NCBI GenBank assembly: GCA_041946735.1
Contig: JBHGAY010000001.1
Location: 64,001-128,000, forward strand
Direction of reading: 5' to 3'
Origin: Candidatus Eiseniibacteriota bacterium
GTDB lineage: Bacteria; Eisenbacteria; RBG-16-71-46; CAIMUX01; VGJL01
Length of the DNA: 64,000 nt
This document shows, piece by piece, positions 17,079 to 26,275 of the stretch. The translations under genes and the position numbers were made by a program. Below the pieces are notes generated by a model. That model ran no database searches and was not told the DNA's origin. It worked only from the letters and a program-made list of their open reading frames with translations. The first letter of the stretch is position 1, and each line of letters starts with the position of its first letter.

Positions 17079-18476
17079 CTAGTGGGTCACGCGAGCTAGA
17101 TACGTCTCGTAGTCGTACCCCTTCGCCTTGCCCCATTCCCCGGTATGGCAGGTCTCGCAGATCGCCGAGGCGGCGTGCTTGCGGAAGCCGTTGTTGGCCG
17201 ACGCGGCGACCATCTGGAGGGGGGTGGAGCCTCTCGAGTGCATCGTCCCCAGCCCATGGCAGGCTTCGCACTGGACGTTCTTCATGTCCGGCTCGGAGAC
17301 GTTCTCCGCGAAACCGCCCACAGTCTCCCAGCCGGTCACGTGGCAGCTGACGCAAGCCGGGTCCTTCTCCTTGCCCGCCTTGACCAGCGTCTCGTAGGCG
17401 TGGGCGTGCGGCGTGCTGGCCCACTGCGCCGTCTGCGTCGCGTGGCACCGCTGGCACTTCTCTCCCCCGATCATCTTGTCGGAGGCGAGCTGTCCCTCGA
17501 CGTCCGAGAGCTTCTTCTGCTGCTCGGCGCGCAGCATCTGCTTCGCCTGGTCCTCGATCTGCTTGATCTCCGCGGAGACGGCGGTGTTCTCAGGGAACTG
17601 CTCGTCGAGAGGGGCGTTGCGCGTGCCCCAATCGGTGATCCGGCCTTCGGGATCGACGATCAGGACGAGCTGGCCGATGTATTGCCCGCGCATTCCGGTC
17701 TGCTGGACGATCGTCGAACCGAGCTTCTCGCCATGGTCCTTCCAGCCCGGATCCCGCCCGTAGAGAGCCACGTCGATCCCGGGGACCTTCGTGATCAGGT
17801 CCTCCGACTCCTGCTGCGACATCTGCGACATCAGGACCACGAGCTCCGCCTTCTTGTGAAGCTCCGGCACCAGCGCCTGGGCCGTCTTCAGCGGATCCTC
17901 GGTCCGGAACTCGAGGCCGCCCTTCGGCTGCGAGCGAGCGACCTCGCTCGGACTGATCAGCGAGAAGAACGCGACCTTGACCCCGCCGACTTCGGTGACC
18001 ATGTACGGGTCTCCGCCCGGCTGCTCGGCGCCGTTGCGCAGCACCTTCAGGTTGCTCGCGACCGAATGGATGGGGCTGTTCGCGAAGAGCTGGCGATAGA
18101 GGTCCCAGTCGTTCATTTCGCGGTAGCCGGGCGTCGAGGCCAGGTACCCCATCTTCTCCATCTGCTGCCAGATGAAGCGGCTCTTCAGTTCGCCGACGGT
18201 CTGCTCGTTGTTGAGGAAGTTCCCCAGATCGACCAGCGCCAGGCTCTTTCCCGAAGCTCGAAGCGAATCCACCACGCCGGCCCGCCGGGCCAGCCCGCCC
18301 TTCTGGCTAGCGTGTCACCCACATGGAGCCAGCTCGCCATTCGTGGATCCGAGCGAGAGGAGCATCACCTCGCTGTTCGACTCCCGGTGCCCGCTCCCCT
18401 TCATGCCGGCGCATCCCGGCAACAGGGCGATCGCGAGAGCCAGGCTCAGGATCGCCAGGCTGATCTTCTGGAACAT
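17079..18476 (-). CDS. Putative selenoprotein: lipoprotein with UshA-like CxU domain and C-terminal tetraheme cytochrome c554-like domain (465 aa, Sec at codon 54)
   Basis: ATG 18476 with GGAGG RBS and lipobox LPGC. In-frame TGA at 18315-18317 in GELAPCG-U-HASQKGGLARRA, with a downstream SECIS-like hairpin. CQRCH, CVSCH, CEACH and CETCH heme motifs. Confidence 0.85.
18272..18314 (-). promoter_or_regulatory. Bacterial SECIS-like stem-loop
   Basis: After UGA: GCUGGCCC-GGC-GGGCCGGC, an 8-bp stem (one G-U pair) with a G-initial apical loop about 29 nt from UGA. CACGCU/GGCGUG can form an alternative, overlapping longer stem. Confidence 0.6.
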
Positions 18477-18805
18477 TCCCCAAGTCCTCCAAGAGAAGGG
18501 ATCCCATCCCGTTGCACGGCCACACCATGCCCGTTGAGGTTACCACCCGGGCAAACGTCGCAGCAACAAACCCTTCGGTTCCGTTTCTGCTCCGTTGCTT
18601 TCCCCCTTATCGGCCGGCCGGTCCGTCCGCTCGCGCTCCGCGTCAGCCTACCCCGAGCGCCCCTCACCGGACGAATTTCGGCTCCTTGGGCCTCCGGCGA
18701 CCGGTCCTGTCGGACGGCGCGCACCTCGCCGCGGGCACCGGCCGGGAGGAGTTCGCTCTTGATCATCTCCGCGATCCTCCGCCCCCGAGCCTCTCCTCGG
18801 CCGTC

Positions 18806-21800
18806 TCAGCGCTGCTCGCGCTCGTACTTCACGTCGGGGAGCGACTTGATCGAGATACGGAAGTAGTAGGACGTGTCGGATCCCCGGACCTGGCGGTCGA
18901 ACGACGCCTCCCAGCAGTGCAGGTCGCGGTAGAGCGAGAGCCCCTCCGAGCGGATCTCCCGATCCTGGAGATCGAAATAGATGCTGTAGGTGACCCGCCA
19001 GCTGGTGGTCGGCACGATGCTCGCCGTCACGTTCATCGCATTGGCGATCGAGCGGCGGGGCGCGCTGCGCGAGAAGCTGTGCCCGATGCTCACCGACCAG
19101 TTGCCGATCGCCGACGCCCTGCGCTCCCCCGGCCGGTTCCTTCCCGAGACCGCCTGCCCGAAGCCGCTGTAGGCGCCGGTCAGGCTGTCGCCGGGCGCCG
19201 CGGCCGAGCCACCGCCTCCGCCACCGCCGCCTTGGAAGCGGAGGCTCGTCTGCACGGAGAGGTTGCGGAGGCGCCGCGAGTAGGGATCGTGGCTGACCGT
19301 CCAGGAGTTGTCGATCCAACGGGACGGGCTCAAGCGAAGGTTGTTCGTGATCGGACCCCAGGCGCGGTTCTCGTCGCGGCGCTCGAAGTCGTAGCTGGTC
19401 GTCGTCGTCCAGAGGATCAGGTTGTCGATCTTGATCGGGGTCTTCGGATCGGCGCCGCGGAACTTCGCGTGCACGCGCTGCGTGAGGCTCAGCGAGACCG
19501 CGCTCGCGCGCGCGCCCGAGAGCGAGATCCCGCCGACCGACGGGAAGCGAGAGCGCTCGACGCCCGCCGAGTCGGCGTAGGTCAGGCTGGGGAAGTCCGG
19601 GGAGTAGCGCCAGGATGCGGAAGGCTCGATCACGTGGCGCAATCCCGTCAACGGTCCGACCGGAACGGCGAACGTCCCGTAGAGAGCGGTCCGCGCCGAG
19701 ATCCCCGCGTTCCAGACCGCCCCGACCGCATGCTGCTTGCCGAGGGCGTCGCGCCGGAACCAGGCCGCAGTGCCGTTGACCGACGGCTGGACCTTCAGGT
19801 ACGGCCCGAGCGTCCGGTTGTCGGAGAGTCCGCTGGAAACCTGCGCGGCCTGGTCGTCGCGCGTCGGCTCCCCCCACTCCTTCGTGAACGTGCTGCGGAA
19901 GCGGGAGGAGAAGGTGGCGTAGACGGTCGAGAGGGCGGGAAGCCTCCCGCCGCGGCCCCGGTCGTCCGGCTTGACGCCGACCGGGAAGCTGTTCATGGAG
20001 AAGTCGAGGCTCGGCAGGTTCTGCTGCACCTGGATGTCCGAGGCGTTCCGGTCGAGGTATTCGGTGCGGTCCGCGGTCAGCGAGAGGCTGGCGCTCGACC
20101 AGGCCTTCCGGACGTCGACGTTCGACTTGAGGATGCGGTTCAACACTTCGTCGACCGACCCGCCGAAGGCGCGGTCATCGCGGAAGTTCTGGTCGCTCAC
20201 GAAGTCCGCGCGCGCGCGCAGGCTGGCGCGCTCGCCGAGCTGCTGCTCGTGGCCGCCGCGCAGGTCCCAGCGCGTCCTTCTCGACCCGAACTGCGTCTCG
20301 CGCGCGAACGATCCGAAGAGATCGCCGCGAAGCGAGTAGCGGACGTTGTAACGCAGCTGGCTGCTGATGACGGTCCGGGGAACCCCTTCGTAGTAGTCGG
20401 CCCAGACCATCGCGTCGGCATAGTCGTTGGGCGCCCAGTAGTAGCCGAGGTTGCGCAGGAACCGCCCGCGCGTCCGGTCGAAGCCGAACTCGACATCGGG
20501 CATCAGCACGCCGGAGTGCCGTCCCCGCTTGATCGGGAACACCCAGTACGGAAGCGCCAGCAGCGGAATGTCGTGCAGGTAGAGGACGATCGGGCGCGCG
20601 ATCACGCGATCCCCGAGCCGGATCTTCATGCGAGACGAATGGAAGTGGTAGTGGTGCGTGTCGGCGAGGCAGGTGGTGTAGTCCCCGCCGCGGACGAGGA
20701 GGATCTTGTCGTCGACCCGCTTGATCTCCTCCCCTTGGTAGACTCCTCCCTCGAACTGCGTCTCCCCCGAGTAGACGAACCCCTGCCGCTCGTCGAGGCG
20801 GTAGATCATTCGCTCACCGACGAGCGCGCTCTGCTGATCCTGCAGCTTCGGCTCCCCCGTCGCGACGACCCGGTCGCGCGACGCCTCGTAGTCGACGTCC
20901 TTCGCCTGCAGCTCGAGGTTCTGGTAGTGAACGGTCGCGCTCCCTTCGATCCGGATCTTCTTCTCCCCGACGAAGAAGACGACCTTGTCGCCCGAGTAGG
21001 CGACCCGCTCCGCAGGATCGAACGGCCCGGCGCGCTCGAGCGAATCCGGAAGCGGCTGATCCGGTGCCGCGAGGAACTGCGCGACCGCGCGCGCGACGTA
21101 GAGGGAATCGGCCATCCTCGCGACCGTCGTGTCCGGCTTCTCGCGCGGCAGGACGTAGGCGCCGCTCGCCGCCCCTTCGAGATCGACCTGCTTCGCCTCC
21201 CCGCCCTCGAGAGAGATGCGGATGCGGCGGCCATGGGCGAGGTTCGACCCGACGTCCCCTTCGCGCCGGTCCTCGGGCGAGGGGAGGTAGAGGCTGCGCG
21301 CCTCGCCGCGCACCTCGATCTCGCGCACGCCGGTCGAGTCGAGCCGCGCGATCAGGGTGTCCCCCAGGATGACGTTCACCTCGCCCGGTTTCTGCTCGGG
21401 TCTGTAATCGACATGCGCGTGGCCAAGCACCTCGAGCCGCTCGGCTCGTCCCTCGTGCAGGACGATCGCCATCGAGTCGCCCCGCACCTCGCCGTCCTCC
21501 TCGATCGTCATCGGATGGTCGCGCAAGAGAAGGACGTCCCGATCGAAGTCGAGATCGGCCGACCCGGCGCGCGCCTCCACCTCCTCGCGATCGATCCGGA
21601 CGTCGCCGTAGGCGCGCCCGCGCCGCCCGCCGGAGAGCAGGACGAGCGTGTCGGCGTGCACGACGACCGGCGCCTCGTTCCCCTTTCCCGGGGAACGCAG
21701 CACCGGTGAGCCGGTAATCACCGCGCGATCGGCCACGCGGTCCATTTCCGCCCGTTGGCCGGTGATGCGCACGCTGTCGCGCAGATCGAGGATTCGCACG

Positions 21801-22387
21801 TCCCCGGTCGCGATCGCTTCGCGCGGCCCGCTGCGGTAGACGACCTCGTTGGCGTCGACGATCGACCGGTCGTCCTGCAACCGCACGTCGCGGCGAAGAT
21901 CGACGATCCCCCTGCCGCGCTGGTAGGTCAGCTCGCTCGCGGCGAGCCGCCCCTCCGGACCGTTCCCCGTCACTCCGCCGGTCAGGATCGCGCGCCCGCT
22001 CGCCCTCTCGTAGGTCGCCTGGGCGGACTGCAGCGTGCGCGTCGAATCGCGCAGGACGACGTTGCCGGTCAAGAGCAGCCGGTCCTCCGCCCGCCACCAG
22101 ATTCCCTGGTCCGCCGTGACGACCGTCGATCCCTGCACGGCACGCGGCTGGACGATCCGCGTCTCTCCGGCCGGCGTTCCCTCGAGCGACTCGCCCGTGA
22201 TCGTCCACGGCTCTCCCCCATCGGACGGAGAAGGCGCGGGCGCTGCATCTGCGGATGGCGGGGCGGGCACGGCCGGCTGCTGGCCGCCCGCAAGTCCCGC
22301 CAGCACGGAAAGCGATAGGAGGAGCAGGAGCGCGAAAGAGAGCGCGAGGGCAAGCGGGCGGTCGCGACGGCGGCGGCCGGAACGCAT
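18806..22387 (-). CDS. lptD: LPS-assembly protein LptD-like with extended N-terminal OstA/LptA-type beta-jellyroll
   Basis: Signal peptide. Repeated OstA-like strands. YTTC, PLLALPYWVFPIKRGRHSG, NLGYYWA and a C-terminal RDLHCWE...IKSLPDVKYE typical of FCB-type LptD. Confidence 0.85.
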   Translation of the reverse strand: MRSGRRRRDRPLALALSFALLLLLSLSVLAGLAGGQQPAVPAPPSADAAPAPSPSDGGEPWTITGESLEGTPAGETRIVQPRAVQGSTVVTADQGIWWRAEDRLLLTGNVVLRDSTRTLQSAQATYERASGRAILTGGVTGNGPEGRLAASELTYQRGRGIVDLRRDVRLQDDRSIVDANEVVYRSGPREAIATGDVRILDLRDSVRITGQRAEMDRVADRAVITGSPVLRSPGKGNEAPVVVHADTLVLLSGGRRGRAYGDVRIDREEVEARAGSADLDFDRDVLLLRDHPMTIEEDGEVRGDSMAIVLHEGRAERLEVLGHAHVDYRPEQKPGEVNVILGDTLIARLDSTGVREIEVRGEARSLYLPSPEDRREGDVGSNLAHGRRIRISLEGGEAKQVDLEGAASGAYVLPREKPDTTVARMADSLYVARAVAQFLAAPDQPLPDSLERAGPFDPAERVAYSGDKVVFFVGEKKIRIEGSATVHYQNLELQAKDVDYEASRDRVVATGEPKLQDQQSALVGERMIYRLDERQGFVYSGETQFEGGVYQGEEIKRVDDKILLVRGGDYTTCLADTHHYHFHSSRMKIRLGDRVIARPIVLYLHDIPLLALPYWVFPIKRGRHSGVLMPDVEFGFDRTRGRFLRNLGYYWAPNDYADAMVWADYYEGVPRTVISSQLRYNVRYSLRGDLFGSFARETQFGSRRTRWDLRGGHEQQLGERASLRARADFVSDQNFRDDRAFGGSVDEVLNRILKSNVDVRKAWSSASLSLTADRTEYLDRNASDIQVQQNLPSLDFSMNSFPVGVKPDDRGRGGRLPALSTVYATFSSRFRSTFTKEWGEPTRDDQAAQVSSGLSDNRTLGPYLKVQPSVNGTAAWFRRDALGKQHAVGAVWNAGISARTALYGTFAVPVGPLTGLRHVIEPSASWRYSPDFPSLTYADSAGVERSRFPSVGGISLSGARASAVSLSLTQRVHAKFRGADPKTPIKIDNLILWTTTTSYDFERRDENRAWGPITNNLRLSPSRWIDNSWTVSHDPYSRRLRNLSVQTSLRFQGGGGGGGGSAAAPGDSLTGAYSGFGQAVSGRNRPGERRASAIGNWSVSIGHSFSRSAPRRSIANAMNVTASIVPTTSWRVTYSIYFDLQDREIRSEGLSLYRDLHCWEASFDRQVRGSDTSYYFRISIKSLPDVKYEREQR

Positions 22388-22389
22388 TC

Positions 22390-23736
22390 TCACCCCTCCG
22401 CCGGGTCGTTCCCGGCGGCCGCGCCGTTCCAGAGCGGATCGCGAGGCCCGATGCCGAGTCGCTCGAAGACCGGCCCGACCGTGTAGAAGGAGCCGGTCAC
22501 GAGGATGCCCTCCCGATCGGTCCGAGCTTGCTCCGCCGCGTCGAACGCCTCGGCCGGCGAGGCGTGGGCGGAGGCGGGCAGCCCTACCGTCCCGCAGATT
22601 TCGGCGAGCGCCTCTGCGGAGACGGCGCGGTCGGTCGGCGGCGTGCAGGCGTGGACGAACGTCAGGCGCGGCGCGAGCGCGCGCAAGAACGCGGTATGGT
22701 CCTTCCCTTCGACCATTCCGACGACCGCGCGCATCGCCGTCGCTCGCCGCACGAGGAGCTGCGCGAGGAGCCGGGAGAGGCTCTCGGCCCCCTCGGGATT
22801 GTGACCGACGTCGCAGATCACGAGCGGGTCCTGCCGCACGACCTCGGCGCGTCCCGGCCATCGGGCCCGCGCGGCGCCGGCGCGGATCGCGCGCGCGTCG
22901 ATCCCCATCTCGGCGGGCAGCAGCGAGAGGGCGAGAATCGCGGTCGCGGCGTTCGAGACCTGATGCGCGCCGGCGAGGGCGAGATCGATCTCGAGCGGTT
23001 CGCGCGGCCCGGGCTGGCCGGGGCGGGCCTGGACGAGGAACCGCGATCCGCGTGGCGTGAGAGCGATGTCGGAGACCCGCAGGCAACGGCGCCGTTCGTA
23101 GATCGGGATGCCGATCAGGCGAGCGCGAGCATCGAGGACGGCGAGCGCGTCGGAGTGGCGGACGGAGACGACGGCCGGAGCGCCCGCGCGAAAGATCCCG
23201 GCCTTCTCGCCGGCGATCGCCCCGCGGGTTTCTCCGAGGATCTTCACGTGATCGAGGTCGATCGTCGTCACCACCGTCACCAGGGCGCGAACCGGCCGGC
23301 TCGCATCGAGCCGGCCGCCGAGCCCGACCTCCACCGCCGCCGCGTCCACTCCGCGTTCGCGGAACCACAGGAACGCGAGCAGCGTCGTCGCCTCGAAGAA
23401 GGATAGCTCCCATCGGTCGACCGTGGGGCGGATCGCGCCCGCCAGGGCGACGACGTCCCCCTCGGGAATCATCCGGCCGTCGATCCGGATCCTCTCGCGG
23501 AAGTCGATCAGGTGGGGCGAGGTGAAGAGGCCGGTGCGGCGGCCGGCCGCCTGCAGGCAGGAGGCGACGATCGCGCTGGTCGATCCCTTGCCGTTGGTGC
23601 CCCCGATCAGGACCGACGGGAAGGTGAGCTGCGGATCGCCGTGCTCGCGCAGCGCCCCCACGATCCGGTCCAGGCCGAGGCGCACGCCGCGCCGCTCGAG
23701 GGAGAAGAGCCAGGCGCAGGCGTCGGCGTAGGTCAC
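22390..23736 (-). CDS. folC: Folylpolyglutamate synthase/dihydrofolate synthase
   Basis: GGTNGKGST, FTSPHL, EVGLGGRLDA, WPGR, DVGHNP, TGSFY. GTG start overlaps the accD stop. Confidence 0.96.
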   Translation of the reverse strand: MTYADACAWLFSLERRGVRLGLDRIVGALREHGDPQLTFPSVLIGGTNGKGSTSAIVASCLQAAGRRTGLFTSPHLIDFRERIRIDGRMIPEGDVVALAGAIRPTVDRWELSFFEATTLLAFLWFRERGVDAAAVEVGLGGRLDASRPVRALVTVVTTIDLDHVKILGETRGAIAGEKAGIFRAGAPAVVSVRHSDALAVLDARARLIGIPIYERRRCLRVSDIALTPRGSRFLVQARPGQPGPREPLEIDLALAGAHQVSNAATAILALSLLPAEMGIDARAIRAGAARARWPGRAEVVRQDPLVICDVGHNPEGAESLSRLLAQLLVRRATAMRAVVGMVEGKDHTAFLRALAPRLTFVHACTPPTDRAVSAEALAEICGTVGLPASAHASPAEAFDAAEQARTDREGILVTGSFYTVGPVFERLGIGPRDPLWNGAAAGNDPAEG

Positions 23737-24599
23737 GTGCGCGCGAGCCGCCCCGGCCGGCTGTCGGCGAAGTGCCGCAGGATGCGCGCGACGGTGGCGC
23801 GCATCTCGGGGCGCGGCACGATGCGGTCGACCATCCCGTGGTCGAGAAGGAACTCGGCGCGCTGGAATCCCTTCGGCAGCTCCTGCTTGATCGTCTGCTC
23901 GATGACGCGCGGGCCGGCGAAGCCGATCAGCGCGTTGGGCTCGGCGAGGATGATGTCCCCGACAGCCGCGAAGCTCGCGGTCACTCCTCCGGTCGTCGGA
24001 TCGAGGATGATCGAGAGATAGAAGATCCCCTTCTCGGCGAGCCGCGCGAGCTGCACCTGGATCTTGGCGAGCTGCATGAGCGAGAGGACCCCTTCCTGCA
24101 TGCGCGCGCCTCCGGAGGCGGAGACGAGAACCAGCGGGATCTCCTCCTGCATCGCGATGTCGCAGAGGCGGGCGATCCTCTCCCCGACGGCGGAGCCCAT
24201 GCTGCCGCCGAGGAAGTGGAAGTCCATGGCCCCGAGAGCGAGAGGGAGCCCCTCGATCCGCGCGCGCCCCGTCACGACCGCCTCGCCGTGCTTGTGCTTC
24301 GCCCGCGCCTCGCGGATGCGATCCGGGTACGGCTTGGAGTCCTGGAATCCCAGCGGATCGACCGAGACGACGTCGTCGAAGAGAACCTCGAAGCTCCCCG
24401 GATCGGTCAGGATCGCGATGTAGTCGTCGGCGCTGATCCGGAAGTGATGGCGGCAGAGGATACAGGTCCAGAAGTTGCGCTCGACCTCCTTGCGGTAGAG
24501 GATCTCGCCGCAGCCGCCGCACTTTACCCAGATCCCATCGGGGATCTCCCTCTTCTCCTGCGTCTTCGGTCCTTCGCGCCGATTCGTCAGCCAGCTCAC
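23733..24599 (-). CDS. accD: Acetyl-CoA carboxylase carboxyltransferase beta subunit
   Basis: C4 zinc finger, FLGGSMGS, SGGARMQEG, PTTGGVTASFA, GFAGPRVIEQT. Confidence 0.97.
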   Translation of the reverse strand: MSWLTNRREGPKTQEKREIPDGIWVKCGGCGEILYRKEVERNFWTCILCRHHFRISADDYIAILTDPGSFEVLFDDVVSVDPLGFQDSKPYPDRIREARAKHKHGEAVVTGRARIEGLPLALGAMDFHFLGGSMGSAVGERIARLCDIAMQEEIPLVLVSASGGARMQEGVLSLMQLAKIQVQLARLAEKGIFYLSIILDPTTGGVTASFAAVGDIILAEPNALIGFAGPRVIEQTIKQELPKGFQRAEFLLDHGMVDRIVPRPEMRATVARILRHFADSRPGRLART

Positions 24600-25105
24600 T
24601 CGCTCGTCCCCTTCCACCGCAGGGAGCGGACCATCACGATCGCATCCTCCCGCGGACGGCTGTAATAGTTCTTTCGCACCCCGCCCGGAACGAAACCGTT
24701 GCGCTCGTAGAGCTGGATCGCCCCCTGGTTGGACGCGCGCACCTCGAGCACCAGGATCGCGCTGCCCCGCAGATACGTCTCATGGAAGAGGCGATCGAGC
24801 ATCCTCTGCGCGTAGCCGCGCCGCCGGCCCCAGGGCGCGACGGCGATGTTCGCGAGATGCGCCTCGTCCTCGACGAACCAGGCGATCATGTACCCGGCGA
24901 GCTTCTCGTCGAGCCGCAGCACCGAGCACCAGCTTACCGGCGCGGCGGACAGCTCCGCCTGGAAGCTCCCGAGCGACCACGGGTCGCGGAAACAAACCTT
25001 CTCGAGAGCGGCGACCTCCTCGAGATCCCCGGCCTCCATCGGCCGGAAGACCGGCTCGGCTCCGGGCTCAGCCCGATCTTCCCGATCTTCCCGGTCTTCT
25101 TGCAT
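24596..25105 (-). CDS. rimI: Ribosomal-protein-alanine N-acetyltransferase
   Basis: DPWS, EAHLANIAV, RRRG, LEVRASN, RKNYY, EDAIVM; follows tsaB. Start uncertain. Confidence 0.9.
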   Translation of the reverse strand: MQEDREDREDRAEPGAEPVFRPMEAGDLEEVAALEKVCFRDPWSLGSFQAELSAAPVSWCSVLRLDEKLAGYMIAWFVEDEAHLANIAVAPWGRRRGYAQRMLDRLFHETYLRGSAILVLEVRASNQGAIQLYERNGFVPGGVRKNYYSRPREDAIVMVRSLRWKGTSE

Positions 25106-25814
25106 CTGCGTCCCGCAGGTAGAGAGGGTTTCGCCCCTCCAGTTCGGTCTTCGTCCAACGCGGCCGTGCGGGATCGAGAGCGAGACGGGCCACGTGGGCG
25201 GCCCGCGGCGGCTCCGTCCCGCCGAGACGCGCGCGATCACCGAACGAGCGTTGGATCGAGTCCGCGAGGGAATCTAGCGCATCCCCCACGAAAAGCAAAC
25301 GCTCCCCCGTCCCGCCGCCTGCCGCGCGGCCCGCGCACGCGTCGAGGAACTCCTGGTCGGGGCGGGAGACGGGCTCGATCTCCGCGTGGAAGCGATCGTC
25401 CATCGTCCAGCGATAGAGCGCTCCGTAGACCTGGCCGCGCCGATGCCCGCTCACGACCACGAGCGGTCCGGGCCAGAGCCGCCAGGGGAACGCGATCGTC
25501 TCGAGCGTCGGTACCGGGACGGCCGGGATTTCGCGGGCGGCGGCGAGCGCAAGGGCCGCCGCCATCCCGACCCGGAGTCCCGTGAAGGAGCCGGGCCCCT
25601 CCGAGAAGGCGACGAACGCGACTCTCTCGATGCCGAGGGAGAGTTCGTCGAGCAGCCGCCGCGCGTCTTCGAGGAGCCTCTCGGTGCGCGCGCGGCGCGC
25701 GTCGACCTCCACTTCGCCGAGCAGATCGGTCCCCGCCGCAACCGCGGCTCCGGCGAGCCGGCCGGAGGTCTCGAGCGCCAGCACGATCGGCGCAAGGCGC
25801 GCCCCCGTGCTCAC
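25068..25814 (-). CDS. tsaB: tRNA threonylcarbamoyladenosine biosynthesis protein TsaB
   Basis: LALETS and GPGSFTGLRVG; GTG start overlaps the tsaE stop. Confidence 0.93.
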   Translation of the reverse strand: MSTGARLAPIVLALETSGRLAGAAVAAGTDLLGEVEVDARRARTERLLEDARRLLDELSLGIERVAFVAFSEGPGSFTGLRVGMAAALALAAAREIPAVPVPTLETIAFPWRLWPGPLVVVSGHRRGQVYGALYRWTMDDRFHAEIEPVSRPDQEFLDACAGRAAGGGTGERLLFVGDALDSLADSIQRSFGDRARLGGTEPPRAAHVARLALDPARPRWTKTELEGRNPLYLRDADARRPGRSGRSG

Positions 25815-26275
25815 GGGAGCCTCCAGAAGCCGATCGATCCGTTCGGCAGGCGCATCGACACGACGACCCGGCGCCTCGATTCCCCGCGCGGCTCGAGCGT
25901 GACCCAGACCGCCTCCTCGGGAAGCAGCTCCGGGTGGCGGTCCGCCCACTCCACCATCGAGATCCCCTCGGTGTCCATCGCCTCCTCCCACTCCCCTGCC
26001 GTCCCCGCGTCGAGCGCGTCGAGTCGGTAGAGGTCGAAGTGTCGCAACGGCACCGGACCGCGGTAGAGATGCAGGAGCGCGAAGGTCGGGCTGCGAACGC
26101 GACCCGCGTAGCCGGCGCCGCGCGCAATCCCCTGGGCGAGTCGCGTCTTCCCCGCTCCGAGAGGACCGACCAGGCCGACGACGGCGCGCGAGCGCAGCGC
26201 CGCGCCCAGGCGCTCACCGAAGCGGACGGTCTCGGTCTCGGAGTCGGTCACGACCTCGACGACGAGCGATCTCAT
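25811..26275 (-). CDS. tsaE: tRNA threonylcarbamoyladenosine biosynthesis ATPase TsaE
   Basis: GPLGAGKT, VRSPTF, HFDLYRL, VEW. Confidence 0.95.
   Translation of the reverse strand: MRSLVVEVVTDSETETVRFGERLGAALRSRAVVGLVGPLGAGKTRLAQGIARGAGYAGRVRSPTFALLHLYRGPVPLRHFDLYRLDALDAGTAGEWEEAMDTEGISMVEWADRHPELLPEEAVWVTLEPRGESRRRVVVSMRLPNGSIGFWRLP

Noticed and set aside
18307..18546. 79-aa ORF, or a pseudogene interpretation of the cytochrome gene
   Set aside because: It is in a different frame from the clear signal peptide and CxU reading. A single TGA in a Cys-x-TGA context with a SECIS-like hairpin fits recoding better than decay.
18806..23413. 1535-aa LptD as given by the ORF track
   Set aside because: The first ~340 codons overlap folC in another frame; the real start with RBS and signal peptide is at 22387. 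Similar over-extended starts were trimmed for many genes.
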